Below are positions 35,161 to 47,385 of a DNA stretch of 64,000 bases, one piece after another. Below the pieces are notes generated by a model. That model was not told where the DNA came from. It did not search any database and saw nothing but the letters and a program-made list of their open reading frames with translations. The stretch spans positions 868,001 through 932,000 of the forward strand of contig MU008157.1 of NCBI GenBank assembly GCA_010909165.1, given 5' to 3'. The stretch's first letter is position 1. Each line of letters starts with the position of its first letter. A program made the translations under genes and the position numbers. Origin of the DNA: Anthoceros angustus. Lineage: Eukaryota > Plantae > Anthocerotophyta.

Positions 35161-37372
35161 GGAAAGGCCCATGGGCTTGGCTGCTGGCACCGCACTCGGC
35201 AATTTTGGCGGCATCAGCAGCGATCTGCAGCTGCGTCGCACGTAGGCATCGGGCCGCTGCGGGTACAGTGCACTGCGCCTGCTTCCTTCCCTTGCCACCT
35301 CGCCTCCGCTCTCTCATTCTTTTGCGTGCCGCGTGCCGGCTTGCGAAATTCTGCTCCACCAGCCGCTCCTCATCCCGCGGTGCTTCCTGGCGGTGCTGCT
35401 GGGCTGTTGGGTGGGTCAAGTTGCAGCTGGAACGGGTGGAATTGGTGTGGGTGTGAGAGGACCGCCCTAATGGCGATGCCCCTGCTGCTTGCTGTGATGG
35501 GTGCAGGATTACAGTCGGTAAGGCGGTCGGAATGGCTGGTCTGGATACCGCCCGGGCGGAGCTTGCTTTGTTGGTTTTGTATCTCGGCAAGGCCGAAACC
35601 AGGGACAAGCTGGTGAGAGCTATTCAGTACGGCGCCAAATGCGTGAGTAATGGGGAGCCGGGAGTGGCATCCGTTGTCGACAAGCAAGCCAGCTTGGCGA
35701 GAAAGGTTTTCCGGCTGCTCAAGGTGCGGACCTTGCTTGAGATTGGGGTTGAATTGAGCATGGAATCTGCGGCGGGAGCTGAGGTCCTTGGTGGTTTGTT
35801 GTTGTAGTACTTGAATGAAGTGCAGGGACTGCTGGCACCAGCTCCCAAGAGCACGCCTCTGCCTCTGGTTCTTCTTGCCAAGGTATGGGACCGCTCTGGA
35901 CGGGATTCCAGTTTCCGCTCTTTTCTCGGATCATTTTGTGATTTCCTTGGGTTTGGCTTGCGTGCGTGCAGGCAAGGCATGCCCTGGTTGGAACGTTTTT
36001 GGCATTGGATCAAATTGTTTGGGCTGGTAGGGTCGGGATCTACAAGGTATGTGATGTAACTTACCATGTGAGATTACCATAACCGATAGCTCGCTTCTTC
36101 GGTTTCACACGCACATCACTTTGAATCTTTTGATTCGGCCTGCAGAACAAGGAGAGAACTGACCTGCTATCAAGAATCGCTCTTTATTGCTGGCTGGCTG
36201 GCACGGGAGCAACGCCATAATTGAGGTATGCATGGGAGCACCGGCCACGGCCCAACCTTAGTGAGGAAAGGCCCATGGGCTTGGCTGCTGGCACCGCACT
36301 CGGCAATTTGGCGGCATCAGCAGCGATCTGCAGCTGCGTCGCACGTAGGCATCGGGCCGCTGCGGGTACAGTGCACTGCGCCTGCTTCCTTCCTTGCCAC
36401 CTCGCCTCCGCTCTCTCATTCTTTTGCGTGCCGCGTGCCGGCTTGCGAAATTCTGCTCCACCAGCCGCTCCTCATCCCGCGGTGCTTCCTGGCGGTGCTG
36501 CTGGGCTGTTGGGTCAAGTTGCAGCTGGAACGGGTGGAATTGGTGTGGGTGTGAGAGGACCGCCCTAATGGCGATGCCCCTGCTGCTTGCTGTGATGGGT
36601 GCAGGATTACAGTCGGTAAGGCGGTCGGAATGGCTGGTCTGGATACCGCCCGGGCGGAGCTTGCTTTGTTGGTTTTGTATCTCGGCAAGGCCGAAACCAG
36701 GGACAAGCTGGTGAGAGCTATTCAGTACGGCGCCAAATGCGTGAGTAATGGGGAGCCGGGAGTGGCATCCGTTGTCGACAAGCAAGCCAGCTTGGCGAGA
36801 AAGGTTTTCCGGCTGCTCAAGGTGCGGACCTTGCTTGAGATTGGGGTTGAATTGAGCATGGAATCTGCGGCGGGAGCTGAGGTCCTTGGTGGTTTGTTGT
36901 TGTAGTACTTGAATGAAGTGCAGGGACTGCTGGCACCAGCTCCCAAGAGCACGCCTCTGCCTCTGGTTCTTCTTGCCAAGGTATGGGACCGCTCTGGACG
37001 GGATTCCAGTTTCCGCTCTTTTCTCGGATCATTTTGTGATTTCCTTGGGTTTGGCTTGCGTGCGTGCAGGCAAGGCATGCCCTGGTTGGAACGTTTTTGG
37101 CATTGGATCAAATTGTTTGGGCTGGTAGGGTCGGGATCTACAAGGTATGTGATGTAACTTACCATGTGAGATTACCATAACCGATAGCTCGCTTCTTCGG
37201 TTTCACACGCACATCACTTTGAATCTTTTTGATTCGGCCTGCAGAACAAGGAGAGAACTGACCTGCTATCAAGAATCGCTCTTTATTGCTGGCTGGCTGG
37301 CACGGGGAGCAACGCCATAATTGAGGTATGCATGGGAGCACCGGCCACGGCCCAACCTTAGTGAGGGAAAGG
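35161..37372. repeat. Near-identical ~1.1-kb tandem duplication of the PEX11 5' region
   Basis: Copy 1 runs 35161-36271 and copy 2 runs 36265-37372. GGAAAGG is shared at all three junctions. The only differences I found are homopolymer-length changes and one 4-bp slip. Confidence 0.95.
35532..36225 (+). pseudogene. PEX11: Truncated PEX11 copy (first exons only, frameshifted)
   Basis: Same as 36630 onward, but GGG replaces GGGG at 36205-36207 and gives a premature TAA at 36218-36220. The 3' exons are absent. Confidence 0.8.
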
Positions 37373-37887
37373 CAGGGATGGATGCTGATTGCTAGGTTGA
37401 GTGTTGCTGCAGCTTGCTGAGCTGGGGCGGCTGAACGCCAAGAACAAGAAGATAGACCGGGAGCTGAAGCATACTTCGAGCTCTGTGGACAGTGACAAGC
37501 TGGTAGGAGCTCACCGTACTTTGTTGTTTTCAGGAGGAAGAAAAATGTGGTATGTAGTTGCTTCACTTGTGTCTTTTGTGTCTTGCAGAGGCAGGTGCGA
37601 GCCGCTAATGTCAGCAAGGTAAATGAAAGGACTCTCACCCTGGTGAAGAACGCCTTGGACATCCTCGTGGCTGCAGGGCTTCTCCAACTGGCCCCTCGAA
37701 CACTCACTCCACGCAAAACCGGAGCATTCGGTTTCATCACTTCTCTGATAACAATGTATCAGGTACAATGAAGAGTTTCGTTTGTCCAGCAAGTTTCATC
37801 CTTGCTCCTGCTCTTGTGCTAACACAGTTAGTACCTTCTCCCACGCAGCTTCTACCAAGTCCGCAAGTGAAGGGCAAGGTTGCCTGA
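36630..37887 (+). CDS. PEX11: Peroxisomal membrane protein PEX11 (c/d/e-like)
   Basis: MAGLDTARAELALLVLYLGKAETRDKLVRAIQYGAK..SLARKVFRLLK; PLPLVLLAK; DQIVWAGRVGIYK; SRISLYCW; GLLQLAPR.LTPR.TGAFGFITSLI; TGA at 37885-37887. Confidence 0.92.
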
Positions 37888-40250
37888 ACTGTAGGTGGGA
37901 CTGTCCTGTCCATAGACCAGCAGCAGGGTAGGGGAAACGAAGATCCAAGTCAGCCCAGCCGCAGATGCTTCATAGGAAGGATGTAGATGTCAAGGGGCTT
38001 GCTGCAGATCGTAGCGCTTATAAAATGTCCCTTTGCACTGCTTTTGATGGGGGCGTCCAGAACGCACCTTGATCGGCTTTGCAGAGGTTTTCACCTCACC
38101 CCTCGACAGAGCGAAGCCCCCCAACCTTCCCTCCTCCCATGCTTCTGCTCGGTGCACCGTGTGTGAAAGTGAGCACCGTTCCCCATGAATTTGGCGGTGC
38201 AAACTGAAAGGTTCTCAGGCCGTCGATAACTGCTGTGCCACTTGGGGTCCTGCTCGTGTTCCAAGTCTGGATAATGTGCGACGCTCGGTGGCCAGGCACA
38301 TCACATCCAAAGGCGTTAACAAGAAGGAAGGGTTGCTATGTCCTTTTGAGTGGTCGAGCTCACGGCACACAAGATCACACCAGGACCTGAACAAAGTTGG
38401 TACGGACTGTGCTTTGTTAGTGCATTCCACTCGAACGATGTATAGCCTTGGCCCATTGTAGTATCAGGATAGCGTGGTGCCTTGTGTGCATCACCCTTGT
38501 CATCGCTGTGTTTGTAGACGCTGTGAACGCCTCCGACAAGAACGAAAGGAAGCTTTCAACTTGTGTGGATATGGACATTAACCTGGCTGCAGGCCTTGTG
38601 CAGCCGGCCGTCTCTGATACCGATGTACAAGGGGTGCGCGAATCTGAGCCGTTGTCCAAGAGCCTTGCCTCAGCTGTGCACCGTACGAGGTTGTGAGGGC
38701 CACCATACTTCCCTTCGATGCAGCTGCATCGAATGAAAGCAAGCGAGGGGCGAGTTTCGTGGCTTCACAACCGGAGAACGATGCACACACCAGCAGGAGT
38801 AGCAGCAGCGGCAACGAAAGTCAGCCGAGTCACAGAGGACGGAGATGGCACACTGGAAGCAGTCTGCATCACATCGTTGCTTACGGAGTCCCCTTGTGCA
38901 GTCTTCTTGCTGGAGCCTGGGAAGCGTGCCTCACCCGCGTTCAGGGAAACGTGCTTCCGAAGTTCCGATTCCGCTTCTCGAGCAGCGCATCGAGCGTCAC
39001 ACACACAGTACAACAAGCTGTCCCCGAGTAGAGTACAGTAACTGGAATCCTCGGCTTGCAACAGAATATGCGCGCATCTGGAGCTCCCTGACCGCGGGAA
39101 GGCCATACCATGTAACAACATGCCGCGTGGGCCAGCCGCGGTGCCTGCAGTCAAGCGCGCAAAACGCACAACAGCGGCAGGCAGAGAACTTGTCAAGAGC
39201 GACTGGTCCACCAGAACTCCACGAGCGAGGGTGTCGGTTGTGTCCCGCAAGTCGCGACTCCCAACGCCTGCCGCTCGATGGACCAACCGTGGAAAGCGTC
39301 CCGCGCTGATGGCCAGAGAGCAACCCCTGTACCGTTTTGGACGCAGGCCTGACACCAGCAGCACGGCGCTGCCGGACGACCATGCCAGACGCTCGCTCGC
39401 GCGCTCGCAGTCGCACAACACTCCCAACGTGCCCCGCATTGTCGCCGCTTCCGGGGAGCCGCTCGATGGAGAGAGGCCGCGCCAAACCCCGACCATCGCG
39501 CCCTATTCCGGTTATCCTGCTGCCGGTTTTACCCACAAGGACGCTTTGCCCCGAAGGTCGGAAAAGTGGTACGTAGAGAGAAGTTACCCCGAGCGTTACG
39601 GGAGGTTGTTTCTTTGCGTCGGTGGTTCCGGGACGGCCCGTCGTGACTGTGTCGGCGAGTGCAGGCTGCAGCGAACAGTGAGCGGGCCCGATCGTCGCGC
39701 TTCCGCTCCGCTCCAATCCGTCCCACAGGTGTGTCTCACGCCACGCTCCCGGCGAGGGAGTCGCGTCTTGGCCCCACGCGGGCCTGCCGAGGTTGTGTGG
39801 GGATCGAGGAGGGTAGGGTGAAATTGGAGCGGGTTGGGGCGGGCTGATGGAAGCTACACCGCTGCAGTCTCACTGTCATGAGAGGCTGCTGTGGGCAGCG
39901 CCTGGCTTGGATCCCACGAGTTCCAGGGCCCCGGCTTGCCTTCCCACTCTCTCTCTTGTCCCCGGACTTGCCTTAAGTCCTGCAGGCCCGGCCTGCGTCT
40001 GCTGTGTGCGACTGCTGCTTGCTCTGCTCTTGCTCTTGCTGTTGCTCGGCGCGGGATTTGGTGGCGGTCTGGGCTGGCCTCCCTCGCGCTTGACTCCGCG
40101 CTCTCTCGGCGGGTGTGCAGGCGCCTCGGATCGCTTGTGGCAGGAGGGAGGAGAATTTGGAGCCTCGTCTTGGTTGTTGCGTGACGGATCGGGTGCGTTT
40201 TGCGTGCACCTGAGGACGGGAGGGAGGTAGGGCACACGCACGGAGGAAGG

Positions 40251-41639
40251 ATGAAGGCTCTCATTCTTGTGGGCGGCTTCGGCACCAGGCTGCGGCCTCT
40301 CACGCTCAGCGTGCCCAAGCCGCTGGTGGATTTCGCTAACAAGCCCATGATCTTGCATCAGGTATGTTGTGGAAGTGGGGTGGCAATTGGGAATTGGAGT
40401 GGTTGGGGTGGTTGGGCTCCGTGAACTGTGCTGATTGGGGGATTCCGTTGTTGTTATCTCTGCTGCAGATCGAGGCGCTGAAAGCTGCGGGGGTGACTGA
40501 GGTGGTCCTGGCCATCAATTATCAGCCCGGGGTAAGTGCGGGTCGAGGGTGGGATGAAGCGGGTCTGGATTTCGCGGAGGCAGGCTGCTCATCTTGTGCG
40601 CTGTGGCCTGGTTGTAGGTTATGCTCAGCTTCCTCAACCAGTATGAGGAGAAGCTGGGCATCAAGATCGTGTGCTCCCAAGAGACTGAGCCCATGGGGAC
40701 CGCTGGCCCTCTTGCTTTGGCTCGGGATAAGCTGGACGACGGATCTGGGGAGCCGTTTTTTGTGCTCAATAGCGATGTCATCAGTGAGTATCCTCTCAAG
40801 GAGATGATTGCCTTCCATAAGTCACATGGTGGGGAGGCTTCTATCATGGTTACCAAGGTACGACTGTGAACTCTGTTGCTGCCTTGCGCCTTAGACTTGC
40901 TGACACCCTCGTGCTAGTGGTTGGCGTGATTTGAAAGTATGCTAACTGATTACTGCCGTGTCACCAGGTTGATGAGCCCTCCAAATATGGAGTGGTTGTC
41001 ATGGAGGAGTCCACGGGGGCTGTGCAACGGTTTGTTGAGAAACCGCAGGTCTTTGTTGGCAACAAGATCAATGCTGGTATCTACCTGCTCAACCCGAGCA
41101 CCCTGAACAGGATCGAGTTGCGACCCACTTCCATTGAGAAGGAGATTTTCCCCCAGATTGCCGCAGAGAAGAAATTGTATGCTATGGTGCTCCCTGGCTT
41201 CTGGATGGACATTGGTCAGCCCAAAGATTATATAACTGGCCTCAGACTGTACCTGGATTCCTTGCGCCGGAGAACTCCAGAGCTCCTTGCCACAGGACCT
41301 CATGTCGTGGGCAATGTCGTGATTGACGAAAGTGCTCGCATTGGGGAAGGATGTTTGATCGGGCCTGATGTATCCATTGGACAGGGTTGTGTTATCGAGG
41401 ATGGTGTGCGCCTATCCAGATGCACCATCATGCGTGCAGTGCGTATCAAGAAGCATGCATGTGTTTCTGGAAGTATAATTGGCTGGCACTCAACCATCGG
41501 GCAGTGGGCTCGTGTGGAGAACATGACTGTGCTAGGGGAAGACGTTCATGTGTCGGATGAGATCTACAGCAACGGTGGAGTAGTGCTTCCTCACAAGGAG
41601 ATCAAGAGGAACATCCTGAAGCCGGAAATTGTCATGTAG
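40251..41639 (+). CDS. VTC1: Mannose-1-phosphate guanylyltransferase (GDP-mannose pyrophosphorylase)
   Basis: [37 protein letters not shown]|IEALK..; [15 protein letters not shown]; PSKYGVVV; INAGIY; [12 protein letters not shown]; hexapeptide tail ending NILKPEIVM*. Confidence 0.97.
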
Positions 41640-42427
41640 GAGGTATGATCTTTTGGACATACAAATTTTGAGCCTTGCTGACAAAGTTTCACAGGAACTC
41701 TTTCGGGACACAAGTACACTAGATATCGTCGGTACGTACTTAGTTTCACCGGGTCCATGCGGCCATAGGATTTGTACTATATACTCTCGTAGTTGGTTTT
41801 ACCAGGTAGAGGCTGGTGCCCAGAATTGGTGGCAACAGTGAATTATTATTCTTTTGACGGTTGTCTGTCCACTAGAATGCTGTACTGGTCAAAAACATTT
41901 TGCCCCTTGCAACAGTGATGGCAGGAAGCGAATTTTTCTATTTCAGTCGATAATTGATTTGATTAAATCATGTACATAGTTTCCTGTGTTCCAACTCTTG
42001 TAATCACCGTAGGAGGTAGATGCAGTGGAGAGTGAAGACGGAAAAATTTAAGACCACCGCAGCTTGCTGACAAGGATTTCTGGATAGAACGAGAGAGATT
42101 TCGGGGCAGTATAAAACTGGCTTCCTTTTCTCCTCTGTGAAGTTCTGTGTTATGTGATGGTGACTCCGTAGACCTCCTCCCAATTCCTGGCTCAGGACTA
42201 AAACTACACTCGTACCGAGCTTAGAGAGAAGGTATCTGCTTTCGAAGACAACAATTTGACCCTGGCAACAAAGGCGGCAGAAGGGTGTTCTGTACCTCTT
42301 CTCATCCTACAGCAGTAAAATGCTCATTATATATACAGCCGTGTGATGTGTCTTCAAAGACTAAAGGGTCCCGTCCTCGCCAAGTTGACGCAAGCAGGAT
42401 GTTCGATTGCTTGTACCCCGAGTCTGT

Positions 42428-43944
42428 CTATGACTCTGTCCGGGCTTCCAATATACCTGGCTTCAACTCTTGACATAAGGAGAAGACTGCATCGCGCAGA
42501 CGATTGTAGTCTGCCTCCGTATTGTACACTTGATGCGAAATTCTTGCATACGCTGTGCTGTCAAGATCGGCAGCACCGGAGTTGAAATAAATTGGTACCT
42601 CTACCCTGAATTCATCCCGGAAACGAGTTCTCAATGCCAATGCATCCTCCTCAGAGCTTGCTCTTATACAAGCGGGTAAAGCAACCATAGCCATAGATGC
42701 ATACATTTCTGGAGGTGCTCCCAGGTGCGTACCCCACGAGCTTGCAAGCATTTCCGCCATTTCAATCACACGCTCGTGATTCCTCGTCCTGAGACGTTGT
42801 ACACCACCCAGGCGCGTGTTCACAAAATCTATTGCTGCAGGAACCGCTAGCAGGGAACTGTAGTCTCTTGTGCCAACCCAATCGCACTCCAGAGCCAGCC
42901 CCTTGCCATAAGCATGAGACACCACCGGATGATGCAGCCGCAGAAGATGCTGGGGCTTGCAATGCAGAAAAGCGGCAGAGGTGGGAGCAAACAGCCACTT
43001 GTGCAGGTTACTGGTGTAGTAATCCGCATCCACATCTTGCACATCAACCTCAACACTTCCGATGGCGTGCGCCCCGTCCACGAACACCTGCTCCACCCCA
43101 TGCCTCCGACACAGGCTCACAATCTCCTTCACCGGCAGCCTCAAGGTCGGCATGGACACCACATGGTCGACAACCGCCAGCCGTATCACAACACCATCCG
43201 CATTGGCCTTCTCCAACACGGCCCGAAAACAGCCCAAAACCTCCTCCGCCGACGACGCCGGCATCGGGACCTTCACCTCCAACACCTGCGCGCCCGCCCG
43301 CACAGCGTACCCCATGAACGACTTCCTCACCGCTCCGTAAGCGCAATCCAGCATCAAAACGGCATCCCCCTTCCGGTACCTCCCCTCCATAAACCCCCAC
43401 GCCACGTCCAGCCCGACGATGGCCGCAGCCACGGTCGCGTTATCCACCAGCACGAGCTCCTCCACGCTCCCCGCATTCACCAGCCCGGCCACGGCCGTCC
43501 GCGCGGCCAGCATCCCCGCTTCCAGCGCCCCGTCGCAGAACCCGTCGGGCTGCGCCAGCCACCTACCGGCCCAGAGCCTCTGCGCCTGCTGCACGCTGCT
43601 AGGGCAGCTCCCGAAGCTTCCATGGTTCACCCTCGCCACGCCCGCTTCATGGTGCGCGAACTCCCGCTCCAGCTCGCCCCCCGCGCTCCGATCCACGCCC
43701 GAATCTGCGATGTTCAAACCAGCAGACTCAATCCCCGCCTGCGCGCACCAAATCACACATCCTCCATCCTTCCTTCCTTCCTTCCTCCCACATCCTTGTT
43801 ACCTGAATCCGACGCCGGAAGCGCGGGCGTTGCCGTCTCCAAACCCTCCCGCTCCCCCAGCGCCATGGCCGCCTCCGCCTCGGGCTCCTGGCGCGGCCGC
43901 AGGGAGAGGCGCAGAGAGCGAGGCAGGATGGGAATGGAGTCCAT
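42428..43944 (-). CDS. LCD: L-cysteine desulfhydrase (class-V PLP enzyme, isopenicillin N epimerase-like)
   Basis: EFAHH..GVARVNHGSFGSCP; LVDNAT; LAVVDHVVSMP; VFVDGAHAIG; YTSNLHKWLF (PLP Lys); WVGTRDYS; YARISHQVYN. A likely ~94-nt intron joins exon 1 (ATG at 43944) in phase to DSGVDRS. Confidence 0.88.
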
Positions 43945-44547
43945 GGAGCTGCCCTGAGCTTAGGCTTCCGTCATGCTGACGCTGCTGGATGCTTCACCTG
44001 TAAGCAAACAGGTATCCTCCATCCTGACGCTACATGACCATTCCGCATCTCCGATGCTGGTACTTGGCATGCCACACGCGCCGCAGGCCCAGACATCTCG
44101 CATCCCAGCCTCCCACGCTCGGAAGGAAGGGAAGCCATGTGGGCTTGCCGGGCGTCACAATTAAGGCTGCCTGCACTCCAAAAGCCCCGGCATCGCATCT
44201 ACATCCCCCACTATGGCCTGCCATCGCCGGTACGCCGGTGCCAGGCCTTGCAAGCTATGGCATGCCTTTCATGGCCATGTCATCTGCTCCCATGCTCCAC
44301 ACGGCTCGTCCCGTCCCCTATATATGTACTCACAAGTCTTTGTACGGGGCCTCTACCAAATTCAAATATGAGAACTATTTTTGTTCTATTTGGCTCCTGC
44401 TGGTAACTAAGAAGAAGAAGAATTTTATTTAAGTCCACTAAGAACGGATTTCTGTTATGGGACTGAAATATAATAACTACATAAATTGTGATACAATAGT
44501 CTGAACTAATATAAAGGTAAAATTTAAACAAGATAAATAATCTTTAA

Positions 44548-44766
44548 TCAATCAACAGTGTTAATGAAATTGCGTGAACAAAGGCCAAACACCACCAATT
44601 CATCCCCACGAAAGAAAGCCACTTGACCTGCAGCACGAGCTGCTCTGAAAGTGGATAACTTCTCCTTCTTAGTCTTCCATTGCCATGGTGTAAGATCCTC
44701 ATTGATATATAACTGAGTTGTCCGTAACATAGACCTAGCCTTCATAACCTGGAGGCGATAATTCAT
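44548..44766 (-). mobile_element. Fragment resembling the C-terminal domain of L1/CR1-type non-LTR ORF1p
   Basis: LRTTQLYINEDLTPWQ..K.EKL..FRAARAAGQVAFFRGDELVV resembles the I.EDLT...R......AR..G..A.F.G.KL ORF1p C-terminal pattern. It is isolated in AT-rich DNA. Confidence 0.45.
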
Positions 44767-45231
44767 AGAGTGAAAAGTTATAATGGATTATTTGTTTTGG
44801 CTGTAGATCATTAGGCAAAGTGAACTTATGCACTAAAAATATGTAAATTTTATACGATATATAAAATATATGCACATATTTTTTCAATATATACTTTTTA
44901 TAAATTTAACACATAAAAAATAATATCCATATTATTAGATAAAATTAAAAATATATTTTTTCTGTCAAATGGACATCAACGACGATGGATTGAAAGTTTT
45001 ATATTTTTGAATACCTATACATCCTACTCCTTGTTCAAGATAATATATATAATTGTGCTAAAAAGAGATATTATAATGCTCTAAATATTCCGCCACCAAG
45101 TACTTGGTCTTTGTTGGAAAGTTAAGGTTAGTCAAAAAGCTCAGCAAACCATAGGAGAAGACAAATTTTAGGTTGTTTTGTTTTGGTGAATTTGATTGGG
45201 TATTTGCATTCCATGTAATTTAGAGGACGGT

Positions 45232-45366
45232 GAAGAGCCTTACATTAGAGATCATACATCAAGTGGCCGTGATGGGGAAGAGCCTTACATTAGAGATCAT
45301 ACATCAAGTGGCCGTGATGGAGAAGAGCCTTACATTAGAGATCATACATCAAGTGGCCGTGATGGG
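45232..45366. repeat. 45-bp tandem repeat, 3 copies plus a decayed partial copy
   Basis: GAAGAGCCTTACATTAGAGATCATACATCAAGTGGCCGTGATGG(G/A) three times; in frame it reads EEPYIRDHTSSGRDG. Confidence 0.95.
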
Positions 45367-45454
45367 CGAGATAGCAGAGATCATACATTAGACGATCTCA
45401 AACGCCTATAGAATAGAGTCTGGGCATCAAGAGCCGTAGTAATTGAAGGTACGG

Positions 45455-45624
45455 AAGGTACCCCATCCCAATATGATTGAAGTCCGTCCGAAAGGTTGCT
45501 TAACCATGGGGTTCCAATGAACTCCTGGCTACAATGTCAAAGGTACCCCATCTCAATATTATTGGAGTACGTCCGAAAGGTTGCTTAACCATAGAGTTCC
45601 AATGAACTCCCGGCTACAATGTCA
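45455..45624. repeat. 85-bp tandem duplication
   Basis: AAGGTACCCCATC.CAATAT.ATTG.AGT.CGTCCGAAAGGTTGCTTAACCAT...GTTCCAATGAACTCC.GGCTACAATGTCA occurs twice. Confidence 0.9.
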
Positions 45625-46611
45625 CTCCTCAAGGGAAGGCGTTGTTTTGTAACGAATGAAAGTCATAAATAAATAGCAAACACAATAACATGATAAGCTA
45701 AATAATTATTAAATAAAATAAAATCCCTTCTAGTATCACTCGTGTTGATTGTTATTTCGATTATTTATAGCTGCAGCCAACGCTATGTCGTACTGGGGAT
45801 CCGCTTCCACATCTTGTTTGCAGATTCTAGGATCCTCTTACCCAATTTTATCTCGTCTCCATTGATGTTGTGTTGTATTAGAAATTTGCTTCTACATCTT
45901 GTCTTGGAGCATCTAGGATTCTCTTACCCAATTTCACCTCGCATATAATTACTTAAGGATCACTTTGCTCTCAAAACTCACAGCAGAGCAAATCAAGGCT
46001 ATAGCAATTTAACGAGAATCCTGGCAATGGGGAGCCATGAACTCTGCTTGTAATCCGTATTTCTCAACCCATCCGTACGTTCCATTTCCAACCTCACCCT
46101 CCTACCCATGACTTGGAATGAGAAAACTGGTCCATAAGAAGAAGAAAGAGAAATACATATGATCAATATGTTTTAATTTTTCTTTTAAACTACTTATATA
46201 ATCTACAATGACTCCATAATATAATAGACAAGTATAATAAACATATTGTACAGCTTTGTGACCGATTATGGAATATCGATAGTGTCATGGGCCATCCATA
46301 TGTTTTTAGGGTTCTAGGGACTATTTCTTTGTGTTACATATGACCACGTCGGCGTTCCCTGCGGCCCCCGGCATACGGATCTCGTCAAGCTGATGATGCA
46401 CACAAACTTTTTTTCTCTTGCCCACTTGTGGTAAAGGTTGCACCGGCCACTACGGGCTTCTCATGGCCTGGACAAGGTATGAAGGTTGTCTAGAATGGCC
46501 TCGATGCCTTTTCCAGGCCATCATATGCTATATGATGAAGGGGAGTGACGAGAAATGAGACAAGGATCCTAAACCCGTGCCTAGGTTGAGCCTCTTATAT
46601 TGCACGATGCA

Positions 46612-46671
46612 CAAGCCTTAGGTGCATGTTGTAGCCATTGTCAAGCCTTAGGTGCATGTTGTAGCCATTGT
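46612..46671. repeat. Perfect 30-bp tandem duplication
   Basis: CAAGCCTTAGGTGCATGTTGTAGCCATTGT occurs twice. Confidence 0.95.
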
Positions 46672-46713
46672 CAGCGAAGCCAGCATGCGAGAACGAAGCC
46701 TGCACGCAGCGAC

Positions 46714-46783
46714 GAGGGTGGGCGAGGCTGGTAACCTTGGGCGGAGATGAGGGTGGGCGAGGCTGGCAACCTTGGGCGGCCGA
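46714..46783. repeat. 35-bp tandem duplication
   Basis: GAGGGTGGGCGAGGCTGG(T/C)AACCTTGGGCGG..GAT occurs twice. Confidence 0.9.
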
Positions 46784-47329
46784 TGGAAGTCCTGCATGAA
46801 AAAGATGGTATGCACGTGAGCCAAACTTATCGAAATAAACGTGTAAACATGTGTGTGTGGTGATCGTAACCCTAAAACCCCAAAGAACAAAACTTCTGCA
46901 CTTGGGAACATCAGGCCAAGAGTGTGTGATCGAAAGTTTTTTTGCACGAGTCTAGATAGATGTGGTGCATATTATATATATGTAGTATAGGAAGGAATCC
47001 TGAAAATGCTGTGGCATATTTGAGTACCGTACAGCCCAAAAAAAACATGTCGCACACACGATGGCCTGTGACGAGAACGGTATTCCATAACCGATAGCGG
47101 TGCTGTGGCTAGGATGACTTACAACCAGACCCCGATTATTTTTATATTATTCATAATTGATAAAAAAATGTAATAGGTGGCATGAATGCAACCGTGTTGG
47201 CGTGAGGTAGCACGAGTAGGTAGCAGGACGCGTCAGCCTAGCTTGGGATGCGCGTTGTGCAGCAGCAGCTGCCTGCAGTGGCAGCGCGAAAGCTGGTCCG
47301 AATGGAGACAAGAAACGAAAGCAACGCAA

Positions 47330-47385
47330 ATTGCCAAATTGCCAAATTGCAAATTGCAAATGGCAAATGGCAAATGGCAAATGCG
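47330..47385. repeat. CAAATTG/CAAATGG heptamer microsatellite-like run upstream of RKP
   Basis: AAATTGCCAAATTGCCAAATTGCAAATTGCAAATGGCAAATGGCAAATGGCAAATG. Confidence 0.8.

Noticed and set aside
39847-40358. ORFs in the VTC1 leader as a possible ascorbate-sensing uORF
   Set aside because: The known ascorbate uORF belongs to GGP/VTC2, not VTC1; these ORFs are low-complexity and probably lie in a 5' UTR intron.
42914-43957. 347-aa plus-strand ORF and other overlapping ORFs
   Set aside because: Antisense or alternative-frame shadows of the GC-rich LCD gene, with no recognisable domain.
46030-46120. GEVGNGTYGWVEK on the minus strand resembling a kinase Gly-rich loop
   Set aside because: A stop follows within about 20 codons and no VAIK/HRD/DFG motifs appear; it could be chance.
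47085-47100. 14-bp match (CCATAACCGATAGC) to a PEX11 intron
   Set aside because: Several 14-mer coincidences are expected in 64 kb; the match does not extend.
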